Origin: Nageia nagi
Lineage: Eukaryota > Plantae > Pinophyta
Direction of reading: 5' to 3'
Length of the DNA stretch: 64,000 nt
Assembly: GCA_050084985.1 (NCBI GenBank)
Contig: JBITNC010000001.1
Location: forward strand, 171,430,001 to 171,494,000
Within the stretch, counting starts at the first letter, position 1. Each line of letters begins with the position of its first letter. This document shows, in pieces, positions 13,501-26,678 of this stretch. The translations under genes were made by a program, and so were the position numbers. Under the pieces are notes generated by a model. The model made no database searches. It was given only the letters and a program-made list of their open reading frames with translations, and was not told the DNA's origin.

Positions 13501-15471
13501 GATAATGGCTAATCCAAACGTAACAATTCTTTCTAAAGATGATGAGAGGTGCAAAAGTGATGATATTGTGTTTCTAAAGAATAGTCCAAACGAAAGTATT
13601 TTCTTTTTTATGGGAATCAACTCTATCCAATAACCTTCATAACCTCTATCTAGAAATAAAATAAATTGTTCTTATCCAAAAGAGGATAATATCATTAAGC
13701 TAAGTATATACTAGGATCAACTTGAAATTTTCTTCTCAAATCTTCAAATAATTTATATGAAAAATAACCAAGTGAATAATGAACACCATGACAAAGAGCC
13801 ATATGAGAAACCATATGTTCAACAACATAAATACCATCATAACACATGTAAACATGAGGATCTATAACGATATTGGAATGATATAGCTAAAACAATTACA
13901 AAAGCAACAATAATATCCTTGTTCGCAAATAGTATCAACTCATAGCAAAATGTAAAAATCAACAATAGTGAAAAATCTACATGTTGGTATGTTTTTCTTT
14001 CCTCGCCCAAAACATGCACAAGACTTGGAGGAAACAACGTTACTTGTTTCCGCTTGAAAGGACTGGTTACCCCAAGTGCTCACGTGGAATATGGACTCGG
14101 GCACAATAGTCAAAGATGCATGTTGTTAACCATATACAAAGTAAATACACCGTCGGGATTCGTTTTCCACGAAGAGGAAAGACTACAAATGTGAATGAAA
14201 GCGAAGAAAGATCACAAATGCAGAGATAAATGCATAGGAATGTGAATAATGAACTTATGAAGACATCACCAGTGATGCAATGTCTTGGCAGGTCATCTCC
14301 AGATTCATTAACAAAATGTATTCACTTATCAAGCCAAGCAACAAATAGCAAAAGGCTCAAGTTACTACTAGACAAGAGCAAGAAGCTGTAGGGTCTTGGT
14401 GGAAGACTGGATGGAATAGGGTGAAGGGAAATGACCAACACGTGAATACATGAATCTAACCGAATGACATAGAGATAAGCTATACGCCCCAGAATACATT
14501 CACTTACATGCAAACCATGCAATGAAATACTGAAACCTCTTCAAAAGATATTCAATCAACTTTTTGTAAAACTCATTGTTTTCAAAGAAAATGAACTTAA
14601 GTAGTAAAAATCACTCAAACCAACAAGAGAGTCTTACAGGATAATATGCATGATCCCACAAAGGATAATCTTCACAGTATTAACTTTATAGAACTATTCC
14701 AGAAAGAAATCACTTCCAATGATATTCAACAATATGAGCAGAAACATTCCTTACTTGAGTGTCATACCCTCAACATGATATGCAAAGTGTACTAGAGATG
14801 CAACAATACACAATCATGACATGCATAGAATCCCTTACACAGCAAAGTCTTATGCAATGGAATGCTGAAATCTTTTGTATGCAAAACCACATATATGTAA
14901 ATTCTTTATATGTAATCAATGTCATGCGGAAATGGCACATATGCTATATTCTCCAATTTTTGCAAATGCAAAAATCCTCCATCTTTTACAAATGCAAAAA
15001 TCTCATGCATGCAAAAATCCTCTTCTAAATGGCCCAAGTGGGGTATATATAGGCCACTAGAAGTGTTGCCCTAAAGGCATCAAATCTAATATGGTGTGCA
15101 CACACGCAACACACATACTGATACAAAATCTGACTATTCACAAAAAACGATGCAAGTGGCATTTAAAAGCTGACAAAATATAAATGCCACAACTGTAATG
15201 CATTTAATCTACCTATAAACTAAGTAAAAGAAAATCATATATGCAGTAAAAGTTTGACATTTGAAATGGCGGGAGCAAAACCTCATCCTTGCACCAGCCA
15301 AAGCCATTAATGAGTCTGACAGATTTGATTTGACGGCAACAAAACCTCATCCCTACACTAGTCAAATTGAGTAAATGAATTCTAACATAAAAAACACAAT
15401 AACAACCACTATCAATATGCATTTAATACTGGACTGGATAATCGCAAACGGAATCTGTGAGTGGATCAGAT

Positions 15472-18400
15472 CTAGGCCAGATTTGACCCAGTACCGGCGT
15501 AGTTCCACTCCTCGTTGGTGAGACCGTACGACTCAATGGTCTCTTCCAAAAAAGCTACGGTCTTCTGTACTCCCCTCGAAACCATGCCAACGATGCTGCC
15601 ATTCTGCCTAAAGTAGTCCCCAATCTTCCTGGACATAGCTTGCATCTAGAATCTCCATATGACCATCTGCCTTTCGTGGATGATAGGATGCCCTACTTTC
15701 AACAAAACGAGATCTTCGACATCTAGATTCTCCTAGATTAGGTTTTGGACCTCTGCCAATACTACTTATTTCCTACGCACGTTGTTATCCTCCCCTTGAA
15801 ATTTGAGTTGATATATGTACTTGCTCATCTGGTCCTCCACTCCTTTCTCAAGGGGATCTTGCCTTTCAAAACGGCATTACATTTCTTGAGTGCATTCTTC
15901 AGTCAGTCGTGATGGTACATAAATTCATGGTAGTAGACCAACTTCTCAGGTATGTCAACAAAGATCTGTTGTAGATGGGTGACATTTGGGAGATAACCAT
16001 CTAGCTTCTAAAGGAGGGCTATTATCTAAGATTTGAGTTCCCAGATCTCAACACCTTCCTCAAGTAGGCTATATATTTGATAAGATAACTTCTCAATGGT
16101 CTCCATCATCTCCTTCTTCAATAACTTCTCAATGGTCTCCATCATCTCCTTCTTCAATTGGTCCTTCATCAACTCCCATCTTTCATGGAACGAAGCTTGT
16201 TTCTTCAGGTCAACAAGGGTGGTGCTAACGGTTTGGAACTCCTTAATGATTTTCTTGTTGGCTGTGAGTTCCTTCTTGAGTCTTCTCACCTCCTTCTTCG
16301 CTTCATAACCTTCCTGTTCTATGAAAGCAACATTTTGAGTAACAATGTGCTTTTGGGCTATCAGACCTAGCTTAGTGGACATCTCAATCACACAGTCCTT
16401 GGGTCTTTGAGGATGTTTCTCCTTGGAGTAGCAGTGAGTGATGGAGATCTCTTTCCTTGTAGTAGAAACAAAGGTGTCTACTCTTCTAACTTTCTCACCA
16501 CCAGAGAGCTCTTCTTCATCCTTAGATCTAAAGTACTGATCAATTTCTTCGTTATGAGTCGTACTCATGCTCAAGGCTCTAAGGTAGGCATCTAAGTCAA
16601 GATTCAGATGTTCGGTTGTTGGCTTGAGAGGGAGGCTTTGCACCAACACTCGGCCTCTGTTGATATTCTTGACTTCTTTGGTCGAAGTGGTTTGAACAAG
16701 GGCAACTTCCTTACCTTGGTGCTCATCCTCCTTCCTCTTCTTTTGCTCCTCAATCTCCCCTTTGTCTTCTTTGTCTCCGTTGTTGCCACTTATTGATAGA
16801 CCTTTCTTTCGTGGCTGAGGGATCTTTCATGGCTGGTTCTCTTCACAGAAGGCTTCTAGGAAGACGAGGGTGACCTTTTTCTGTGTTTAATAGGAGAGGG
16901 TTTGGAAGAACCCACTTCTTTGGTATACTTCACTCCAATGATTTGGACTTCATCATCATAAGTCCCAACATCTATAATCTGGTTATCATCATTAAAGAGA
17001 GTTTCAATCTTCGTATCATCAGGTGCAGATGCACCTATGTCTACATTGTCTTGTCTGGGGTACTCTTCACGAGCAGCATCATCTGCATCATCATCATCAT
17101 CTTCTTCTTCTTCACCACGACTCTCGTCATCACTTCTCTGGCTCTTTGTCACATCCTCGGAGCCTTGTACAGTACGACCGGGTTCTTCATCTATTTCTTC
17201 AAAGGAAGAAGAACTAGAATGTTCGGAGGAACTAGAACTTGGCTGTAATGGGGGAACTCTTTCTCCACATCCAGGAGGACGAGTGGGTCTAGATGGAGTT
17301 TCCTCAACATGGAAATCATTGGCACAGGCCTCCTCCAGCATACTCAAGGGGCCCATATGGTAACCGGCACATCTGATATCAGCCACCACCTATTGGCTTT
17401 TCCTTGCTACATTAGCCACCACGTTGCGTTTGTTAGGTCCTAGGGCATGCTCCCCTAAAGCTCCTTGTCTCTTCCCAATGGGAAGCAAGGATGTTTTGGC
17501 TTGCAGAGGCACAACACTTGCAGAAGGAGGGGATGTCTTGATCCTCAATGGGACCTCTTTAGGTCTCTCTTTCATAGTTCTAGGTCTCTGAGGTGTCCTT
17601 TCTGCTTGGAGAGGAGCCTTATTCCTGCTCAAAAGAGCATCTATTCTCGCTATCTGCTCATCTCGCACATTTCCGTACTTATCCACATTCCCTAAAGATT
17701 TATGCTGGTAAGCAATAGGTTTCTAGAATGCGGCGCTATAGAAATGAGCAATCCCATCTCTAAGATCATAATTCCTAGCTACCATCTCCTTGAAGATGTA
17801 TTGCTACAGCTCCTTCTTCATGTTATTAGCCTCAACCCATGTTTGACAAACATAACTTGCAATTGAGATGGGCAAGTTGATGGTTGCATCCTTCTTTCTC
17901 CATACTTGTTCCCTCAAAAACAATAATTGTTTAGCAAATTCCATGAGAATAAGTCTATCACTGGCATATTTGGGTAGAAGGGGTTGTTCTTCGGAGCCAT
18001 AGACCCTGATGTAAGCATGATCAATATACTGCAGATAGAAATATGCATGTACGATGATGGCCTAAATAGCAACATCAGAAATCCTCTTGACCACCGATTC
18101 TCCTTTGATATCTTTGTAAATGGCATACTCCAACCGATCATTCCTCTTGTAGAAATGCTTAAACTTATTATGGTACCACCACTTCGGATAGATCCGCCAC
18201 ACTGGTTAAGGTATCTCTCATCCGCAAGCTCCCTTGATCTAAGCTTGCCATGCAACAACAGGTACACAAGATAGGAGTTCATATAGAACCTCTTGGAGGA
18301 GCCAAAGTAGGCTAGTTGGTGGTGCAAGGCATCATTGATTACCCTTCTCCATTTGCTGTCTCTCCCTGAGTTGATCATGACGATAAAGCCAATGAACTCT

Positions 18401-19065
18401 TTCTTGTACTTAGAGTTATTTTCTTGACATGTGACTCTGGACAACAAAGTGATCAACTTAACAACTGTGGGAAGGAACTTTTCCCTACGAGCACTAACCA
18501 ATCTCTGGCCCTGGATACCTTGGTAGTCTTCATACAACCATGTTCTGATATAGTCCCCAGGACGGGCAGTGGAATCATGGAATTCTTCTGGATTTGCCAA
18601 TGTGTAATCGTCTCTATATCTTCTCCAGCCAAAGGCAGCTTCAATCCCTTTCGAAGAGAAGTCCATGATCATGTTCCCTTCAGTGTCCAAGAGAACTCTT
18701 TTATCATATTTGCAGCGCTTGGCTATCTCATAGCACAACTCAGGAAATGGAACAACAAAAGGCATCATAGTGGCATTAAACAGTCCACAAGAGTGGATGA
18801 TCTCATCTGATAACTCCTCCTTGTTGATGGAGGCAATGGAGGCTATGGTCTGGATGGGGTCAACATTCCCCCAATCTATATCACCAACAAAGGCGAATCT
18901 CCCTTTGAACTTGGCTTCAAGGAGCTCTAGTTTCTCTCTTTCTCGAAATTCTATTTGACTCTCCCTCAGGATTCTCTCCATTTGGTCATCTGTTACATGT
19001 CTTTCAAAAAGCTGCCCCTGAATCTTTCTGGCCTTGAATGGGGAAGGCCTCACCTTAGAAGTCAT
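15472..19065 (-). pseudogene. Degenerate LTR-embedded ORF, copy B (~1200 codons)
   Basis: ORFs 17914-19065, 17390-17686, 16856-17389 and 16026-16649. The C-terminal HERQMVIWR..AFLEETIESYGLT is shared with copy A. Confidence 0.85.
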
Positions 19066-21008
19066 CTTTAAACTCTGGAAAATGTGTAGAAACTTGCAGA
19101 AAATGCTGAAAATCTGGTTGGGGATGTCTTAGCACCAAATTGAATGTGTCTTAGAGAATGCAGAAAAAAATGGCTAGACGTGCAAGTCTAGGCTGCAAAA
19201 GCGCCCTGTAGTAATAAACTTGGAAGTGCCCTCTTATAGAAACTGCATGGAGGGTTTGTGCATGGCACACTGCATATATGCCACTTGTCTCTTTAATCTT
19301 TCAAATCCTGGCTTCTTCCACACTTAGACAATTTCAGCTCACAAGACAATTTCAGCTCACAAACCCAAGGGTGCACGGGTTAGAGGACATGCTTTTTCAC
19401 TGATGGAAAACATGTGAACTAGCTTCTGATGGGCAAACACATTACTTAGTCAATTGAGGTCAGCAAGATTCCATAATGAGGATCAAATCACCACTCAATG
19501 CTAGGGCACACGGATTCGGGCATGTACTTTTTCATGTTCCACAAAGCATGTGCCTCAAATTTGTATGAACAACTGAAAGGAGAATGATATGCACCTGTTT
19601 TTCATGTATACTTAGCCAAATTCTTGAATCTGGACCTGGGCACACAGTTTCGGATGAGTCCTTGAAGCACTAGTAAGATAGCATGCGCATAGGTCAGTTT
19701 AGGGTCAACTTCGTAAAAAAGATGCGAAGTGAATTACAGAAAATGGACCCTGAGATCTAGCTCACCCTCTTCAAAAATGGCTACTAGCAGTCCAAACGCC
19801 TCTTCAAACCCTTATTTCTCTTGGGCGCACCGATTTTGATGAGTCCTTAAGCATGTTCCAGAAATGGTGCGACTAGGTATCTTAGTTCAAAATGATATGA
19901 AGTGGTAAAATGATAAAGGGGTGACTTGATATATATAGTCTTCAAACTTGCCCGTGTCACCTTTTGGTTGGCTAGAAATGAGGTCAAATGACAGAGTTAG
20001 GATGATGGGCGCACCGATTAGAGGATGTGCAATAGCATGTCCCAGAATACATGCACCAACTAGCTTGTGTCCTTCAAAAGACTTAGTCAATTTTCATCAT
20101 GCTTGCAAGCTCTTGCAACTTGGTCACACCTTTTGAGAGGGGTGCAAAAGCATGTACTTGAAAACATGCACTTGGTCCTCTTCCACTTGGATTTTATACT
20201 TAGTCAAAAGTGCTCCTGGGCCAGGATGTATGGAAACGGGCACACCAATTTGGGTGAGTGCCTAAGCACACTCCAAAAACCATGCGCCTAGTCTGTGGCA
20301 CACTTTCCAATGCAATGGATTTAAAAATAACGAAAATGAACTTGAAATTTGTAATCCATAACAGGGCGCACTGTTTAGGGGACACGCTTTCTAGACTTAA
20401 CTCCACACAATGCTCCGAATTCAACCAAACAAACTAAATGCTGAGATTGACATTCCTTTTATAGATTTGTAGGGGTGGACAAGTGTCATGCAATGATTGG
20501 TGCATGTGAAGGTCTAGTGCATTTGGACACGCCTATCTCTCTCATAATGGACATCCAGATTCAACACTTAGCCAATGTTTGCGTCTCAAAATAGGGCACA
20601 CCAATTTGGGGACATGCAAAAGCATGTGCCAAAAACCTTGCGCTCAATCCTCCTTGTCAATTTCCTGAAATCTTCGAAGTGTTGAGACACCTTATCATCT
20701 TTGGCGCACCGTTTTGGGGACGTGAAAAAGCATGTCCTTGAAAACATGCGCTCAAGCTGCTTTAACATTTTTCTTGAAATTTTTTTAAGTGCTAAGCGTA
20801 CATTTCCTGCCCTGGGTGTTGTTTAGAGGACATGCAAAAGCATGTCCCTCAAAACATGCATGCAAGCACAAAATGCAATTTTTCTTCTAGAATGCCCTCG
20901 ATAACACAATGCAAGGAGGGGATGCAATTTCCACAAAATGACCAAGTGTAATGAGGCATGAATGATACAATTTGAGGCTGAAAATGCATGACTTAACCCA
21001 AAAATATG

Positions 21009-22002
21009 CAGTATGAAGGTGTTGTGTTCTAAATGAACACTTGTGCCAAATTGCAACCCTTAAATCCACAAGGGCTTCCAAAAACCTCAACCACACCTTC
21101 CAGGCTCCAACGTTGAGACTCAAGGGCTCCCAAGAACTCCATAAGCTTGACGTCAACCGTCCTTACTAATCAATCATTAACAAGAGAAATACAAATAGCA
21201 CATTCACCCAATACCAAGCATGAATGCAATGATCATTCACAACACAATAATGAGACAGGAATCCTCAATGATATATTTATTCAATGGAGACAATTACATT
21301 ACCCAAATGGCAGTCGTGGCCTCTTCAAGATGGCCAGATATACACAATCAATCACAAACGCAACTCAGAACAATGGGACAGATTCACTCCCTTAGCCCTC
21401 GACTCCTCCCCACTAAAAGGGCTCTCCTCGAACATTGAAAATCCAACTAAATGGAAGGAATGGAACCCTCGGATGCTATTGGATGGACTTGATGCTACAC
21501 CAAGTCAAGACAATTGGGATCCATCAACCCAATCACCCTCTAGATGCTCCGTCTAGGTAGAATTGCTCAGCCCTGGCTAAGACTTGCGGTCTGAAAGTCA
21601 AATAGAAGAAGTATAATCATCAATAGCTGTCCTCAAACGAGTCTCCAAGGTCTATTTATAATCTCATGTTGTGTTCCTACCTTGAAGTCACCAATTCTCC
21701 TTTATTTCCAATGTTGACCAGCTAAGGGGCCCATAATGCCTAGCGTGGGTGTTCAAGTGTCCAAACATGCCACGTGGCTCCTCCTTATGCTCAAATGGCT
21801 AGCGCATGCCCCAGAGGTGCCACACATGCATGAAGGTCACAAGAAGGATGATGTGGGGCCTCAAGGTATTGCTAGGTCTCCTGGGGTAGACGTGGGGCCA
21901 CTCTTGGCTTGACACATGCATAATGAGCCACAGGGAGAAGATGTCCCACTTGGGGCTCACAATGGAGGTCAATGACCCAATAGTCTCCTATCCCGGGTTA
22001 CA
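21009..22002 (-). mobile_element. Unrelated ~1-kb solo-LTR-like insertion in unit B
   Basis: Absent from unit A. Ends GGGTTACA, flanked by ATATG on both sides, minus-strand TATAAATAG near 21652. Left terminus lacks TG. Confidence 0.45.
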
Positions 22003-22262
22003 ATATGGAAGAATAACATAAAGTAAACCTATATTACAATGGGATTCTCAAGAATCCACTAAAGTTGTCAGGAACACAAAGGGGACGTCACAAAAGGAGG
22101 GCGCATGTTCCATGGTACATGCAAAAGCATGTCCTTCAAAACATGCGCCATAGGTGAAATGACCAAATTTCGACTTGTTTAAACATGGAGATGCAAATTT
22201 GTCATGTTTCCCTTCCTCTACTCTATGATGCATGCATTTACTTAGAAAAATTCGTTCATGCT

Positions 22263-23400
22263 TTTTGTGTCTGCACAACACACCCCAAAATACAAGATTT
22301 TGGGGAACCTATTTTTGCAAAGGCAAAGAAGTGCATTGCCTTGAGATTGGCTTTTGGCTACAGATAATTCATTCTGAAGAGTGCAAACATGATATTAGGG
22401 AGCGATTCAAGGAGATCTTGCGATGAAGACCCTGAAGAGTATCAAAGTATCCAGCCACCAATTTGGAGCCAAAGAGCAAGGATCTAAGACAAAGTATCAG
22501 AGCATGGATTTTTGGTCTAGAGTGCAATCAATAGAGATGGCGTTGTTTTTCAAAGTTTTAAGCTCACAAGTGCCACGAATGACACAAATGAGCATTTTTT
22601 GTCAAGTTTAAGTCCGGGAGCAGTGGATGTAGCTAAGGTGACAAAAATAAGTGTTTTTGTCAAGTATGAGCCCGGAAAGCTCAACAATGGTCATTATCAC
22701 GAAAAAACGCGTTTTGGTCAATTTTGAGCCCGAAAGTGGTCAGTACAGTAAAGATGTGTGTTTTTGCACCATTTGAGCCTGGAAAGCTCGGAAATGGTCA
22801 AAAATGCAAAGTTGAGCTCAAAATGATCAAAAATGCTCAAAAATGCCAAGAATGATTGTTTTTTCACACTTAACGCCTGGAAATGTTGGGAATGATGGAA
22901 AATGACGAGTTTGGGCTTGGAAAGGCGGAAATGGTTGTTTTTGCACCATTTGAGGTTGGAAATCATAAAAAAATATAGAGATTTAGTCCATGATGGATAG
23001 AAAATGTGAGTTTGAGTACCCTTTAGCCTAAGGCACATTTTTCCAAGGTATTGAAGACCCAAATGAGGGAAAAATGTTGCATGTTTCTCATAGATAAATG
23101 TAAATGGTGTTAAAATTCAAGTATAAGAGCATTATTGGAGAGAAGGTGAATTCTACCACAAGTAGGACTTGAAATTTTCGATTTTGACCAAACCTAAGGC
23201 ACTCATCCTAGGCACAGTTTTTCAAGCCTATGGGAAATCCATAGAGATGATTTTTGGCGCCTAGATTGTGGAGAAAAGGTGGAAATATATCGAAATTCAA
23301 ATGTAAATGCATAGATGGGTGGAAATGATGGTTCTAAGGCACTTTAGGTCTTGAAAATTTTTATTTTGAGCAAGTTTAGAATTTTTAGATTTTTGAAGGA
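22263..23400 (+). mobile_element. 5' part of a plus-strand LTR of the 42134 family
   Basis: Colinear with 42134-43350. Breakpoint approximate. Confidence 0.8.
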
Positions 23401-24299
23401 AAATCCAAATTTTTTGAATTTTGAATTTGAAATTTTTTGAGTTTTCTCAGCCCTTAGATTCTTTTTGGATGCAAAAAGGTGGTTTTTAGGAGTTTGTGTT
23501 AACCAAATTGCACAAATGATAGATCAAAATGGTGTAGAATCACACCACCTATCTCATAGAAGTGAAAAATTGCAATTTTCGGCACTTTTAGGGACCAAGG
23601 AGGCTAGGCGCAAGTTTTAGGATGTTTAGGCAAGTTTTGAAAAATGAAAAAAATGGGGATATCTTGCAAAACCAGCGCCTACCTTTTAAGGGGGCAAAAT
23701 TAGTTTTTGAGCAAATTTGCAAGAGGCAAAGATGCTTGCATTTGGATTTCGAACCCTACCTTTCTTTCCAATTTTGTTTTTGGGATTTTTGAAATTTCTT
23801 GGAAAATTTTGGAGCTCTCCCATTGGCTGATCCAATTTTTGGGATTTTGAGGGAGTAGATCAAATTTTTTCTAAAAACTTAAAACATGAAAGAGATGCAA
23901 AATTGGATTTCCCATACTCCTAGCATAAAAAAATTTGATTTTTGAGCAAAAATAAGGGCTTGCAAGCTAGACAGAGGTTTTAGGGACTTTGGCATGTTTT
24001 TTGGAAATTTAGAAAATGGGGGAAACAAGACAAAACTGCCACCTAGCTTTTTGAGGGGGTAAACTTGATTTTTGTGCAACATTGCAAGAGACAATGTTGA
24101 TCTCCTTTGAATTTTGCACCCTACCTCACTTTCCTTTTTTGATTTGACCAATTTTGAAAAATTTGGAGCCCTCTCATTGGTCAATCGAAATTTGATGATT
24201 TGAGGAGGTAGATTTCACTTTTAAAAAAAAAAGACAAATCATCAAACTGTTGGGATGAAAACATTTCCTACCGGCCTATGATTGCTTGCACACAATCAG

Positions 24300-25583
24300 G
24301 ATGAGATTTTGGGGACCCTATTTTTGCAAAGGCAATGAGGAGCATTGCCTTGAGATTGGCTTTGGGCAACGAATAGTTCATTTTGAAGAGTGCAAACATA
24401 ATATCAGGGAGCGATTCAAGAAGATCTTGCGACGAAGGCCTTGAAGAGTATCAGAGTATCTAGTCACCAATTTTGGAGCCAAGGAGCCAGGATCTGAGAG
24501 AGAATATTAGAGTAGGAATTTTTGGTCTAGAGTGGAGGGAGTGGAGATGGGGTCGTTTCTTCAAAGTTTTAAGCTCACAAGTGCCAAGTGTGATGAAAAT
24601 GAGCGTTTTTGCAGAGTTCAAGTCCAGGAGTAGTGGATGCAACTAAGATGACAAAAACAAGCGTTTTTGTCAAGTATGAGCCCGCAAAGCTCAAAAATGG
24701 TCATTATCATGAGAAGACGCGTTTTGGTCGATTTTGAGCCCGAAAGTGGTTAGTACAGTAAAGATGTGCGCTTTTGCATCATTTGAGCCCAGAAAGCTCG
24801 AAAATGGTCAAAAATGCAATGTTGAGCTCAAAATGACCGAACATGCTCGAAAATATTGAAAATTTGAACATTTTTGTGCCTTCTCTTTGAAAACTCTCGA
24901 GTTTTAAGAGAACTTGTAAACTTTTCTAAAATGTTTGAATTGTCTTAAATTGTTGCTAATTATCACTTGCTTGTTAAATGTTTAGTATTCTAAATTGACT
25001 CTCTTAAGACATCTTCTTAGATCTTTTGTTCAAGACTATCCACCTTCACTCACGTTTAGTCCACTTGATTGCATCGGTCCTGTTCGTAGAGTACGGACAA
25101 TCAATCCTGCTTCTCGCTCATCTTTGAAATGATTGGACAATAGTTGTTCATTTCAAAGACTTGATTGAATTGAACAAGATTTCTTAACCGATCTAAGAGA
25201 AAGAACATTTAGACAATGCTGCATTGTGATTACCTCTTTGAAGTCTAGCCAGCATTCGACCTCATTCTCACTTTTTCTTTTCTTTATTTTATACTTTCTT
25301 TAAAACATATGGCAACTTTTGAACTATTGTAAGATAAAACACCTCAATCCCTACAAAAAACGTGAGTTAACAGTTATTACCTCTGCTACACCACTCAGCT
25401 GATTCGCAACAAGACCTACAATTTAAAGCTCGTATTAATGACATGAGCTTTCCAATAGAAACCTTGGGGTATCAATCCTTACAAACGGAGTTCAGTAATG
25501 CGTTCTCACCTACATGCTGGGTCGCTTTCTTGTCTTGATCTATAGGCAATCGCCGAGTAAGAGGAAAGGTTTCCTTCCCAACA
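24300..25583 (+). mobile_element. Internally deleted plus-strand LTR nested in U5 of unit C
   Basis: 24300-24855 matches 42165-42720, then jumps to sequence matching ~45230-45947. Ends GGTTTCCTTCCCAACA. Confidence 0.75.
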
Positions 25584-26484
25584 AAAAGCACCCAGCATTT
25601 AGGTGAGATAGCGTAACTTACCTCCTCTTGAAAGGACTGAAACCCCAAGGTTTGTTCGTGTTCCCGTTGAAGTAGCACAATTTTATATAGTTGGGGGAAT
25701 GAACTCAACTGGTTTGATAGAGGTAGAGGCTATTAACTCACATTTTTTATAGGGACAAGGTGTTTTTGCGATGATAGAAAGTTGCTCTGGTTTTGTAAAA
25801 AAAAAGAATGTAGGAAAGATAAAATAAGCAAATAAAAACAGGAAAATGGTGAGAATGATCCAATATTGGTTAAGTCACAAGGCGATTTTCACAACAAAGC
25901 ATTGTCTAAAATGAGACATTTTCTAATCGATTAAGAAGTTATCGTTCATTCAATCTAGTTCAAGGTGAATGACTTTTGTCCAATCAACTTTGAATCTAGA
26001 GCATACGGTAGGATCGATTGTCGATACTACGCGAACGAGACCGATGAAATCAAAGAAATTTAGCATAGAACACACGCTTTGGAATCATGTTTGAGCGAAA
26101 GCTTCAAATAAGATATAAAAAAGAAACAAATTCAAAATAATTTTGTTTTAAGTGTAGAAGAGGCAAAAGATGGTAGACTTAAAGCAATTCGAAATATTTT
26201 TTAAATTTTGAACAACTATTTTTTCCTAAAACTCTCAAGTTTTCAAAGAAAAAAAACGAAAATATTTGAATCATGAAAGAAAACCACAAACTGAATCCCA
26301 TTCACCACTCCACATATGACAAATGTCTTGAGCAAATAAGCAACCACTTTCTATTAGCTTATAAAAGAGTTACAAAAAAGTTTCCACAATTTTCTTCTTT
26401 CACAAAAAATTTGAACTTCTCAAAATTTTCACTCTTAGAAAAGCTCCAAACTTTCGTTCTTACATAAAAGTTACCCCTAGGGTA

Positions 26485-26492
26485 TATTTATA
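26485..26492 (-). promoter_or_regulatory. LTR TATA box of unit C (downstream of the embedded ORF)
   Basis: CTATAAATATACC in the same context as 56584-56596 of the ORF-less LTR. Confidence 0.65.
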
Positions 26493-26678
26493 GAATTTCT
26501 AGGGTTTCCAAGTGTTTCCCTAATTTTATAAGAAAATATTAAAATATTACATATTTGCCTCCTACGACTAAGTCAGCTGACTTTTGGCAAGCTGACTAAG
26601 CACGAGTAGGGTTAGTCGAGTTTTGGTGCTCAACTTTCCCGGCTAACTAATTTACAAAATTTTCAAAAATGACAAAAA

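Larger units (their letters stand above)
13982..22262 (-). mobile_element. Gene-bearing solo-LTR unit B
   Basis: 3' terminus ...GAAAAACATACCAACA at 13982, no PBS after it. TATATATA at 15044-15051. Colinear with unit A until interrupted ~80 bp short of its 5' end by the LTR at 22263. Confidence 0.75.

Noticed and set aside
16883-17363. Plus-strand poly-His/Ser/Ile ORFs
   Set aside because: Antisense shadows of the acidic GAT/GAA tract in ORF copy B.
395-22262. Units A and B as the two LTRs of one element that captured the OSCA exon
   Set aside because: Too diverged, no PBS after 13982 and no PPT at 5932; independent insertions are simpler.
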